64,000 nucleotides of DNA from a virus (lineage: Duplodnaviria; Caudoviricetes). The translations under genes and the position numbers were made by a program. The stretch is taken from the IMG/VR virus record IMGVR_UViG_3300047571_000001, positions 1,314 through 65,313 of that record; one strand, written 5' to 3'. The notes under the pieces are model-generated. The model saw only the letters and a program-made list of their open reading frames with translations, did not search any database and had not been told where the DNA came from. Shown here piece by piece: positions 1-7,458 of this stretch (position 1 is the first letter of the stretch; the number at the start of each line of letters is the position of its first letter).

Positions 1-7
1 CAAAGCA

Positions 8-298
8 GTGCGCGATCCCAATCGATGCCCGTCCCATCCGGGCGCCGTTATCGACGATATCTTGCAGGGCATCAGGAAGTCCAAGACGGAGATCGCAGAC
101 ATACTCGGCATCTCGCGTCAGCACCTTCACGACATCCTGTCTGCAAAAAAGCCGGTCTCGCCGCAGGTATCCGTACGCATCGCCAAGGCCTTTGGTGGAA
201 GCTCGGAATCGTGGCTTCGGTTGCAGGCAGCCTATGATGCGTGGCACGCCGAACGCGAAGTCGACGTCAGCAAGATCAAGACGCTGGAAGTGGCTTAG
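8..298 (+). CDS. higA: HigA-family antitoxin (XRE HTH)
   Basis: HPG near N-terminus, HTH (KTEIADILGISRQHLHDIL), W-L-x-L-Q-x-x-Y-D-x-W C-terminal motif; toxin would lie upstream of the window. Confidence 0.85.
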   Translation: MRDPNRCPSHPGAVIDDILQGIRKSKTEIADILGISRQHLHDILSAKKPVSPQVSVRIAKAFGGSSESWLRLQAAYDAWHAEREVDVSKIKTLEVA

Positions 299-308
299 GA
301 GAGGACCG

Positions 309-590
309 ATGGACCAACGAGGTATGACCGAGACAATCACCACCCTCGGCACCCGCGCGACGCTTCTGAAGTTCGAACCAGGCGACGGCCCGCAGATCCC
401 ACAGCCATCGCCGGGCAGCGACATGGTGACCATCCGACTTGGGCGCACCGCGGTCTCCACCATGGTCGCTCAAGCGATGGTGGATAAGGAGCCGATCGAA
501 GTCGATGGCCGCTGGTTCATGGTCCGCCATGCTGCGGTCGAGATCAACGGGCCGTCGACGTATTGGCTTGAGCCGGCAGCGCCGCACTGA
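309..590 (+). CDS. Hypothetical protein (93 aa)
   Basis: ATG at 309 after GGAGAGG, directly downstream of higA; 3' part of ORF 192..590. Confidence 0.55.
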   Translation: MDQRGMTETITTLGTRATLLKFEPGDGPQIPQPSPGSDMVTIRLGRTAVSTMVAQAMVDKEPIEVDGRWFMVRHAAVEINGPSTYWLEPAAPH

Positions 591-604
591 AAGGCAGCCG
601 AAAG

Positions 605-638
605 AAAAAACCCGGCACGAGGGGCACCCCGCGCCGGG
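605..638 (-). terminator. Intrinsic terminator closing the minus-strand late operon
   Basis: Minus strand CCCGGCGCGGGG-TG-CCCCTCGTGCCGGG followed by TTTTTT. Confidence 0.75.
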
Positions 639-688
639 CCAGTCTTGGAGGTCTCGCAAACCTGAAGCGAGAGGACGTCGAGGTCCCC

Positions 689-1111
689 TCACCCTTGCTT
701 ACGGCGAGAGACATAGCGCAACCCGATCGCGTGCCGGACGCCCCCATGATGCTTGTTGGCGAAGGTCTGCGGCTGGAACTGGAAATCGATCGGTAGGCCA
801 GTTTGCTCGCGCAGCCAGCCGCCGATCGCTACCGTCATCACCAGCCACTTCGGATCGTGCTCCCAGTGCCCGTCAAGCGAATGACAGTCTGGAAATTCGC
901 GCGCGAAGTCCTCGTCCTTCATCATCATCCGCACGTCGACGTCGCGGAAATCCGGGCGCTCCAGACACGATCCGACCAGGTAGCAGCCGAAGCTGTCCGG
1001 GAAAGCCTCGTCCAGCTTCTGGCAGGCCATTTCTAGCTTGAAGATCGCTGGCGCACCGACATAGCAGTGCTTGACGCGGCGCGGCTTTATGCGGACGGGA
1101 AGACGGCTCAT
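689..1111 (-). CDS. Pol-beta-superfamily minimal nucleotidyltransferase-like protein (140 aa)
   Basis: YLVGS-x8-DVDV motif plus later PIDFQ acidic strand; ATGA overlap with upstream gene fixes start at 1111. Confidence 0.65.
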   Translation of the reverse strand: MSRLPVRIKPRRVKHCYVGAPAIFKLEMACQKLDEAFPDSFGCYLVGSCLERPDFRDVDVRMMMKDEDFAREFPDCHSLDGHWEHDPKWLVMTVAIGGWLREQTGLPIDFQFQPQTFANKHHGGVRHAIGLRYVSRRKQG

Positions 1112-1521
1112 GGCCTCGCGCTTCCCCATCTGGCGATCTTTTCCGGCGGCCCGCTCCAATCTGCGAGAGCGCCGGGCACGACCAGCGCCGTCGTCTCGAC
1201 GTTCAGCAGCCCCGCTCGGCTCGGGTGCGGATCGTGCGCCAGCTTGCCGTAACGGTAGACGACGGCGTGACTGATACCGCGCGGCGACGGTCCATAGGCG
1301 AGATGATAGCAATCGAAATGCCGTTCTCCCGACAACTCGATCACGACGAGACCGCGCCCCGCCATGAACTCCCAGAACGACTGCCAGAAGCCATGCGGGT
1401 GCTTGATGAAGTTCGGAACGTCGGAGAGGTCGAGGCCCAGCAGGCTCGCCACAGCCGCCTGCTGGCAGTTGCCGGTAGACTTGCCGGCCTCGTAGAATTC
1501 CGTCTGGTCGACCGGCGTCAT
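1108..1521 (-). CDS. Papain-fold (C39-like) cysteine peptidase-like protein
   Basis: GNCxxAxxASLL (Cys), SHAVV (His), HDPHP (Asp) in catalytic-triad order. Confidence 0.55.
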   Translation of the reverse strand: MTPVDQTEFYEAGKSTGNCQQAAVASLLGLDLSDVPNFIKHPHGFWQSFWEFMAGRGLVVIELSGERHFDCYHLAYGPSPRGISHAVVYRYGKLAHDPHPSRAGLLNVETTALVVPGALADWSGPPEKIARWGSARP

Positions 1522-1946
1522 TCCGGCCGCCCGTAGTCAGGACCGATATTAGGCACCGACCAAGACTTGCCGTCGAGATCCGGCGTGAACTCGCCACCTC
1601 GCAGGAAGCCGTGATAGTCGCCGGCGACAATGGATGGCGCGCATGTGATATTCGGCCATTCGCCCGTAACCTGCCATCCGTCGCCGTTCGAAGACTTGCG
1701 ATCAATGCACCAGATCTCGCCATTCGGGCAGACCAGCTCGATCGGCGGGCGCTTGCCAGCCCAGTCGCGATAATAGTGCGGCGAGAGGAAATTGCGGCCG
1801 AGATCTCTATCGAGATACCAGTCGTTGAACCAGCCCATGCCGGGCAGGAACACGCGCCTGTCGTTGCGCCACATGCCGTCGGCCACGGCCTTGTCGCCGA
1901 GCGCCTTGTATTCGGCAAAGGTGAGCAGCTTCGGAGCGAGTCTCAT
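1518..1946 (-). CDS. Hypothetical protein with DUF6527-like C-terminus (142 aa)
   Basis: ATGA overlap start at 1946; C-terminal TCAPSI...YHGFLRGG resembles DUF6527-type motif. Confidence 0.5.
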   Translation of the reverse strand: MRLAPKLLTFAEYKALGDKAVADGMWRNDRRVFLPGMGWFNDWYLDRDLGRNFLSPHYYRDWAGKRPPIELVCPNGEIWCIDRKSSNGDGWQVTGEWPNITCAPSIVAGDYHGFLRGGEFTPDLDGKSWSVPNIGPDYGRPE

Positions 1947-2182
1947 GATGATGTTCCTTCGGCAAGCCACGCCTCGACATGCGGCGAGATATCGGATGCC
2001 TCCGGCTTGCTCTCGCCGGGACACCACGACAGCTTGCCGCGATCGCCGGCATCCCAGTCTCTGGCGATCTCGTCCGCGATATCTTCGGCGTCGACGCCGC
2101 AAAAGATTCCGGAGACGAGGAAGGCGCCTTGCGATCGCGCGGCGTCGAGATAGCCGAACACGCGCTTGCGGATTGACGACAT
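1943..2182 (-). CDS. Hypothetical protein (79 aa)
   Basis: ATG 2182 just after upstream stop at 2187; coupled to next gene. Confidence 0.55.
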   Translation of the reverse strand: MSSIRKRVFGYLDAARSQGAFLVSGIFCGVDAEDIADEIARDWDAGDRGKLSWCPGESKPEASDISPHVEAWLAEGTSS

Positions 2183-2186
2183 GGAA

Positions 2187-2504
2187 TTAAACCGCTTCGC
2201 CATCGTCGTTAACGCGCGCGCCGTAGAGGCGGTTTGGAATATCCCAAGGTGGGACGCTGCGCATCAACGCCCGCAAAGCCTCGTTCGGTGCGGCGGGCGC
2301 TGAAAGCACCGCCTCAAAGCTGCTCATCTGAGCCGGAGTGAGCAGCGATTCCCCACAGGCCTCGCCGACCAGAATCTCTCCCGAGATATAATTGACAATA
2401 CTGCCGCTAACGTATTGCGGTGCGGCTACTGCCTGCGCGACCATCGGTGCAACGACCGGTGCGGCTGCGAGCAAGCCGAGAAACTTTCGCCTTGTGGGAT
2501 TCAA
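2187..2504 (-). CDS. Tat-like leader protein with DUF1778/TacA-like C-terminal motif (105 aa)
   Basis: TTG start overlapping upstream TGA; N-term TRRKFLGLLAAAP; C-term LTPAQMSSFEAVLSAPAAPNEALRALMRSVPPWD. Confidence 0.6.
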   Translation of the reverse strand: MNPTRRKFLGLLAAAPVVAPMVAQAVAAPQYVSGSIVNYISGEILVGEACGESLLTPAQMSSFEAVLSAPAAPNEALRALMRSVPPWDIPNRLYGARVNDDGEAV

Positions 2505-3016
2505 GTCATGCTCCCCGGCATGAAGCACCGGATCGTCGGCCCCTGATAACCCCAGATCGGCCACACCATGGTGCGGCCGGCCCGGTTCGGCTCGGTGATG
2601 ACCGCATCTTCCGGCACGTCGACCCAGACCAGGACGTTCTTGTCGGCATCGTCGTTTGAGCGCGGGATCCTGACGCGGTAGCGTCCGCCCGCGCTCTGCC
2701 AGTCGACGTCGGAGAGCGCGTAGCCGTCGGCATCCGAGCAGCACGGTCCCTTGCCACTACGCAAGCTGTCGAACCACGGCTTCAGCGCGGAATTGGCATA
2801 ACGGCCATCGTCGCGGGCGTGGGACGGAAGAGGCGAGAGCGCGGCCGCGAGGAGGATCACGATCGGCAGCCCCAGCCACGACCATGCATTGACCGCGGTC
2901 GACGGCCGTTCGTTGAGGCAGCCCCAGTCGATCTTGCCGGCGCGGATATCGAGCCACGCGCCGAGCGCGGTGACCGCGATCTCGTACAGAACAACGGAAA
3001 TGACGATCGCAAGCAT
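2501..3016 (-). CDS. Membrane-anchored Cys-containing conserved hypothetical protein
   Basis: Hydrophobic N-terminus, then RDDGRY...GPCCSDADG...IRCFMPG, a family I associate with Bradyrhizobiaceae. Confidence 0.75.
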   Translation of the reverse strand: MLAIVISVVLYEIAVTALGAWLDIRAGKIDWGCLNERPSTAVNAWSWLGLPIVILLAAALSPLPSHARDDGRYANSALKPWFDSLRSGKGPCCSDADGYALSDVDWQSAGGRYRVRIPRSNDDADKNVLVWVDVPEDAVITEPNRAGRTMVWPIWGYQGPTIRCFMPGSMT

Positions 3017-3028
3017 CGGAAAACCTCC

Positions 3029-3385
3029 TTAATCAAGCCGCTCGACGCGGACGAAGCCGAGCCCGCCGATGCCGAGTGCAATGGCGCCGGCGCGGCCGAC
3101 GTCGACACAGCGGCCAGCGATGAACGGGCCGAGGTCCGTCGCCAGCGCCTCGATCGACGCGCCGGTCTTCAGGTTGGTGATGCGAAAGTGTCGGCCAAGA
3201 TCGGCGCGCGACGGCCGCGCTATCGTGTAGGGATTGGTGGCGTAGGTGTCGAAGACGCGGCCCGACGCCGTGCGGCGGCCGTGGTAGCCGTCGCCGATGC
3301 CATATTGCGAGGCGACGCACACCTCGGCGCGCGTTGGAGTAACGGCCGCGCAAAGAAGCGCAGCCGCCATCAGGGTTCTCAGCAT
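3029..3385 (-). CDS. RlpA-like double-psi beta-barrel protein (possible lytic transglycosylase)
   Basis: Signal peptide; ASxYG..G..TASG..F, NLKTG, TDLGPFIAGRCVD motifs. Confidence 0.8.
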   Translation of the reverse strand: MLRTLMAAALLCAAVTPTRAEVCVASQYGIGDGYHGRRTASGRVFDTYATNPYTIARPSRADLGRHFRITNLKTGASIEALATDLGPFIAGRCVDVGRAGAIALGIGGLGFVRVERLD

Positions 3386-3407
3386 ATTCAGGCTTTCGTT
3401 TTGCCGA

Positions 3408-3665
3408 TCAGAGCTTGACAGCGGCGTCGCGCATCGGGGCGAACCGCTGCAGGATCTCAGGCGAGAACGGCGTGAGCTTCGTTCTGCCCTCGGTGATGTT
3501 GGTGTTGCGCCGGACCTCGCGCTGGGTGAACCACCAGAACTCGCCGGTGGCGTTGATCGTGCAAAGGAAGCGCGAGACGTCGTCGGCGCCGCCGGGATCG
3601 AAGATGTGGCATTCGGCGTCGCCGATCGGCGTGGCGAGCTACCAGGGGGGATCGAGAATGATCAC
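3408..3665 (-). pseudogene. Small phage gene with in-frame TAG at codon 9
   Basis: GTG start overlapping upstream TGA; reads MIILDPPW*LATPIGDAECH...TGEFWWF...VRRNTNITEGR...KL; TAG at 3639-3641. Confidence 0.6.
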
Positions 3666-4063
3666 CGCAGCGTCACCTTGATGTTCAGCCAGTTCGAGAT
3701 CACCCAGCCGGCGCCCAGCGTGATGACGAACACGACCCAGTAGGCGCCGCGCGAAAACCACCGGCCGGCAATGACGACGCCCGCCGCCTGCTCCTTTGCG
3801 TTTCGCACCTGCTCGATCGTTGGCCTCATCTCCGCGATATCCTTGAGCGCACCCGCGATCTGGGCGCCCATGTCGTGCAGATCGGTCTGATGGTCGTGAA
3901 ACTCCTGGCGCAGCGAATCGACCTTCTGGTGCAGGTCGCGGCGGCCCTGCGAGGCGCTCGCCTCCTGCGACTGCCAGGTCTGCACCATGCCCTTGACTGT
4001 GGATTCCAAGCCCCCGATGGTGCGCGCCATCTCGCGCAGCGCACCCTGCACGTCCTCGCTCAT
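3662..4063 (-). CDS. Coiled-coil protein with C-terminal TM helix (lysis cassette, DUF1515-like)
   Basis: Heptad-rich N-terminal part, single C-terminal hydrophobic segment, lysis-module position. Confidence 0.7.
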   Translation of the reverse strand: MSEDVQGALREMARTIGGLESTVKGMVQTWQSQEASASQGRRDLHQKVDSLRQEFHDHQTDLHDMGAQIAGALKDIAEMRPTIEQVRNAKEQAAGVVIAGRWFSRGAYWVVFVITLGAGWVISNWLNIKVTLR

Positions 4064-4093
4064 TCCAGCCCCTCGATTCCCATTGAGAAGGAG

Positions 4094-4122
4094 CCGCGCG
4101 GCGTCACAGAAGCGCCGCGCGG
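4094..4122. terminator. 10-bp GC-rich hairpin within lysis cassette
   Basis: CCGCGCGGCG-9nt-CGCCGCGCGG; no clear U-tract. Confidence 0.35.
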
Positions 4123-4132
4123 ATGTTGTCTT

Positions 4133-4423
4133 TCAGCTCGCGCCGTCTTGCGCGATCGCCGCCGCGGCCGCTGCCTCGAAATCGGCGTCCCAGCCGACCT
4201 CGAGCTGCTGCAATTGCGCCAGCTGTGCCGCCGTAGTCGACGGATCAGCCTTGAGCGCTGCGATGATGTTGCGGACGATCGGGACCAGGTCCTGATATTC
4301 CTTCACCACCACGGGGACGATCGCGATCAGCGCCTCGATGATCTTCTCGATCAGCGCCGCATTGGTGCCGGCCGGCACCAGCGCGGAGATCAGGCCAAGG
4401 ATTGTCGTCAGTATCGCGGTCAA
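4133..4423 (-). CDS. Hydrophobic lysis-cassette protein (96 aa)
   Basis: GGAGG then TTG overlapping upstream TGA; amphipathic helices. Confidence 0.65.
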   Translation of the reverse strand: MTAILTTILGLISALVPAGTNAALIEKIIEALIAIVPVVVKEYQDLVPIVRNIIAALKADPSTTAAQLAQLQQLEVGWDADFEAAAAAAIAQDGAS

Positions 4424-4836
4424 GACGCACCTCCGATCTGGTACTGGGCATAGATCGACTGCAGCGTGCCGATCGAGGATTGCAGCGCGTCGTAAAGGCC
4501 GGACGGGCCGAGCTGGCCCGGATGGTCCCTGAAGAACTGCTGCAGGTTGTTGCGGGCGACCCGGCCTGAGCGGATGGCCGGGATGATGGCCTTGGTTGCT
4601 GCCGGATCGCGGCAGACCGGCGTCGAGCCGTTGCACTTCGGCAAGCGCAGATAGTTGGTAGCGGTCACCTCGAGGCCATCGAAGATGTTCGAGGCGACCA
4701 GCACGGCCTGCGGATTGACGGTGGCGCCGGTCACGGCGCTGACGACGGTCGAGACCTTCTGCTCGATCGCCTGCATCTGGGCGCAGCCGGCGAGCGCGAA
4801 CGCGAGGCCGGCAATGGCGAGAATGCGTTTCAGCAT
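4420..4836 (-). CDS. Lipoprotein, possible spanin component
   Basis: Lipobox LAGC after hydrophobic signal; downstream of endolysin/holin. Confidence 0.65.
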   Translation of the reverse strand: MLKRILAIAGLAFALAGCAQMQAIEQKVSTVVSAVTGATVNPQAVLVASNIFDGLEVTATNYLRLPKCNGSTPVCRDPAATKAIIPAIRSGRVARNNLQQFFRDHPGQLGPSGLYDALQSSIGTLQSIYAQYQIGGAS

Positions 4837-4845
4837 CTGATCCCC

Positions 4846-5205
4846 CTAGCCTTTCTTCTGCGCATCGAGCGCAGCCTGGGCCATCGCGGGATCGAGCACC
4901 TGGATGGTCGCGGTGCCGCCGGCGCCCGGCGTCACCACCGTTGCGGCGCTGGCGCCGACTGCCGCCGACTGCGCGCTCGGACTGGCGGTCCGCGACGCGT
5001 AGAGGCCAGCGGCGAGCGGCGTCGCGAGGCCGATCAGCACGACGACGTCATTGACGACGGTGCCGGCGGCGGCGATCGCCTGCGTCAGGGCCGCGGCGTC
5101 GATCTTCGACCCGAGCCCCAGCACGAGAACGGCGCCGGCGGCGCCGCTCGCCAGATGACGCGTGAACGCGTTCACCTGGGCTTGCGTGGGAAGCCACATT
5201 TGCAA
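4846..5205 (-). CDS. Putative holin
   Basis: Two hydrophobic segments, next to endolysin. Confidence 0.6.
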   Translation of the reverse strand: MQMWLPTQAQVNAFTRHLASGAAGAVLVLGLGSKIDAAALTQAIAAAGTVVNDVVVLIGLATPLAAGLYASRTASPSAQSAAVGASAATVVTPGAGGTATIQVLDPAMAQAALDAQKKG

Positions 5206-5279
5206 AACCTCCGATATGTCAGGGAATGCGCGAGGTCCGTCGCGCGAGCGGTTTCACCCCGGCGGATCGCCGGGCGAAT

Positions 5280-5450
5280 TCAGGAAACGAAAAGAAGCGC
5301 CGACAGGCAGAGCAGCAGCCAGCGGCTCTCGCCGGTCACAAGCCATGTCGCGATGCCGGCGATCGTCGCCGTCGACGCGGCAACACCGATCGCCATGACG
5401 ATCGCATTCTCGCGGGCGCGTCGGCGCCACCATCGCGGCAAAGAGGTCAT
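5280..5450 (-). CDS. Small membrane protein (56 aa), holin/antiholin-like
   Basis: ATGA overlap with endolysin stop; basic N-terminus plus two hydrophobic stretches. Confidence 0.55.
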   Translation of the reverse strand: MTSLPRWWRRRARENAIVMAIGVAASTATIAGIATWLVTGESRWLLLCLSALLFVS

Positions 5451-6229
5451 GGCGCGATGTCCACGAAACGCGCCGCGACATAGCCACCAGCCACCCGCAG
5501 CCATTTGTTATCGCCGTTCATGACCTCGGCTGCGACATCGACCCTATCGCCCCTGAACAGGACCCCGACGATGGTCGAGCTCGCCGAGGCGTTGGAGCGC
5601 ACATTGAGTCCGTCGATATTGACTGTGCCGGCGCGCGACGGCTGGCTGGCGCCCACCGCCGGCACCGCCGGCCGCTTCTGGAGGATCTGCGCGACGCCGG
5701 CGCGGAACATCACCATGTCGAAGCTCGGATCGTTCTTGCGGCCGAGCGGCCGCGCATATTCCTTGTGGCCTGCGACCATCGAGACGCCGGCGCCGATGTG
5801 ATCGACGATGGCGGCGCACACCCGCATGTAGGCCTGCATCTGCACGTCGGGCCAGGCTTCCGCGCGCGGGCCCGAGGTCTCGCCGGTGTTCTCGGCCTCG
5901 ATGCCGATGAAGTGCGAGTTGCCGTCGGTAACGCCCTGCCAGGATCCGGCACCGGCGTGCCAGCCCTTGCCGGCCGCGATCATGTAGACCTTGCCGGAAC
6001 GGCCGAGGCCGAGATTGCAGAGCGGGCCGCCGAGATCCGGGCGACCGTCGACCAGCACGTTGATGTCGGGCAGGTCGCCGTGCAAGGGTCCGCAGGTGTG
6101 GTGGCACAGCACGCCCTGCACGGCGCCCATGTCGCCATGGCCGCAGGTCTGCCAGCCCGGATGCTCGAGCACTTCGAGGCCGGCGTCACGCAGCACGCCG
6201 GGCAGCCAGGTGAGGCTGTAGGTCATCAT
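5447..6229 (-). CDS. Endolysin: N-acetylmuramoyl-L-alanine amidase (Amidase_2) with C-terminal SH3b
   Basis: VLCHHT, GxHAG, IGIEAEN, GHKEY...KNDP motifs; LNVRS...G.L..GD.V SH3b tail. Confidence 0.92.
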   Translation of the reverse strand: MMTYSLTWLPGVLRDAGLEVLEHPGWQTCGHGDMGAVQGVLCHHTCGPLHGDLPDINVLVDGRPDLGGPLCNLGLGRSGKVYMIAAGKGWHAGAGSWQGVTDGNSHFIGIEAENTGETSGPRAEAWPDVQMQAYMRVCAAIVDHIGAGVSMVAGHKEYARPLGRKNDPSFDMVMFRAGVAQILQKRPAVPAVGASQPSRAGTVNIDGLNVRSNASASSTIVGVLFRGDRVDVAAEVMNGDNKWLRVAGGYVAARFVDIAP

Positions 6230-6285
6230 TGTCTCCTTGATCGAAAGATGTCAGCGCCGTGCGGCTCGCCTGAAGCGGCAACGGA

Positions 6286-7443
6286 TCAAAGCACGCGCAT
6301 GATGTAATTGCAGAGGATCGTCGGCTGCATGTTGGTGAACGCGGTGCTCGTCCCGCCCTGTGGACTGCCGGCGAAGGTCGACGTCGCCTGGGAAGGTTTG
6401 AGCCTGCTCGTCAAATCGACAGTGACACCGGCATTGGAACCGGTGACTACAGACCCGGCAGTTCCATTGCCTGAAGAAGAATTATCCACAATCGGGAAGG
6501 TGATCGCCCCGTTTGTTATCGTGCCCGACGGCGTGTAGGGCGGGAGATTGGGTGTCGACAACTGGTTCGACTGGCTGCCGCCTATCGCTCCTCGCGTCGC
6601 TCCATCCGGTGTCATGGTCGCGGAATTGAGCACCAGTGTCGTGGGATCGACCTGAGCCGAGGCTCGCCCTCGCCGGTCCGGCAGGTTGAACGTCGTTGAA
6701 CCATCGCCGGCTCCATACGTCGTTCCAAACAGCGTGAATAGATTAGCATAGGTCGTTCGCGAGATCGCCTGTCCGATCGGAAAGGCGAACGCGCTGCTCG
6801 GCGCTGTCGCGCCCCAGTAATCCATCCCGGCGCCGAGCGGAATGCCGTAAGCATTGCCGCCCATGCCGTGGAGGTAAACCGCGCCGTCCGTGTGATTATA
6901 GAGGCCGAGATACGGCGTGCCCGCCACCAGCACGCCGGATTCGATGCTCACGCCCGGCGACAACCGCAGCGGCTTGGCAGTGAGCCCATCGATCGCGATC
7001 GTCGCACCTTGCCCATTGGTCGCATGCGGCGTGAACGCGATGATGTTGCCGTCGAGCTGCGCCAGCGTGCCATACTTGCGATAGGACGCCACGGTGTAGG
7101 CGGTCGCGGTCCCGCCGGTGACGATCGCGCCGGCGATATCTTCCCGGAACATCGAGGTCGACGCCAGCTGCGACGCCATCACCTCCTTGGTACCAGCGCC
7201 GAACGTGCCTTTGGTTTCCTCGACCGTGGTCAACGTGATCTGGTTGGTCGCGCTGTAGGTCGCAACTCCGCTCCAGAACGCCACGCCGGGCTCGACCACG
7301 GTGACATAGGTCTGGTCGCCGACCGACATGAAGGCCGAAAACCTGTTGTAAGAGCCGTCGGCGGCGCCGGCGAGCGCGAATGGGCCCGACCCCGACGTCG
7401 TCGATGTCTCCAGGATGCGCGCGCGCGGGCGAACGAACGTCAT
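6286..7443 (-). CDS. Tail fibre protein with tail-collar domain
   Basis: GQAISRTTYANLFTLFGTTYGAGDGSTTFNLPDRRGR collar motif; C-terminal NMQPTILCNYIMRV. Confidence 0.88.
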   Translation of the reverse strand: MTFVRPRARILETSTTSGSGPFALAGAADGSYNRFSAFMSVGDQTYVTVVEPGVAFWSGVATYSATNQITLTTVEETKGTFGAGTKEVMASQLASTSMFREDIAGAIVTGGTATAYTVASYRKYGTLAQLDGNIIAFTPHATNGQGATIAIDGLTAKPLRLSPGVSIESGVLVAGTPYLGLYNHTDGAVYLHGMGGNAYGIPLGAGMDYWGATAPSSAFAFPIGQAISRTTYANLFTLFGTTYGAGDGSTTFNLPDRRGRASAQVDPTTLVLNSATMTPDGATRGAIGGSQSNQLSTPNLPPYTPSGTITNGAITFPIVDNSSSGNGTAGSVVTGSNAGVTVDLTSRLKPSQATSTFAGSPQGGTSTAFTNMQPTILCNYIMRVL

Positions 7444-7458
7444 GGCAAAGCGCTCCGG

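Noticed and set aside
1-700. attL at the left end
   Set aside because: No tRNA fragment and no copy of the right-end repeats found here.
689-1918. 409-aa ORF as a single protein
   Set aside because: Only the last 140 codons look coding; the upstream part overlaps two better coupled genes in other frames.
3639-3641. Genome-wide amber recoding
   Set aside because: TAG ends many genes at natural boundaries (298, 4846, 22550, 53994), so a single internal TAG does not support reassignment.
3415-3681. + strand 88-aa ORF
   Set aside because: Shadow of the amber-interrupted minus-strand gene, which fits operon direction and coupling.
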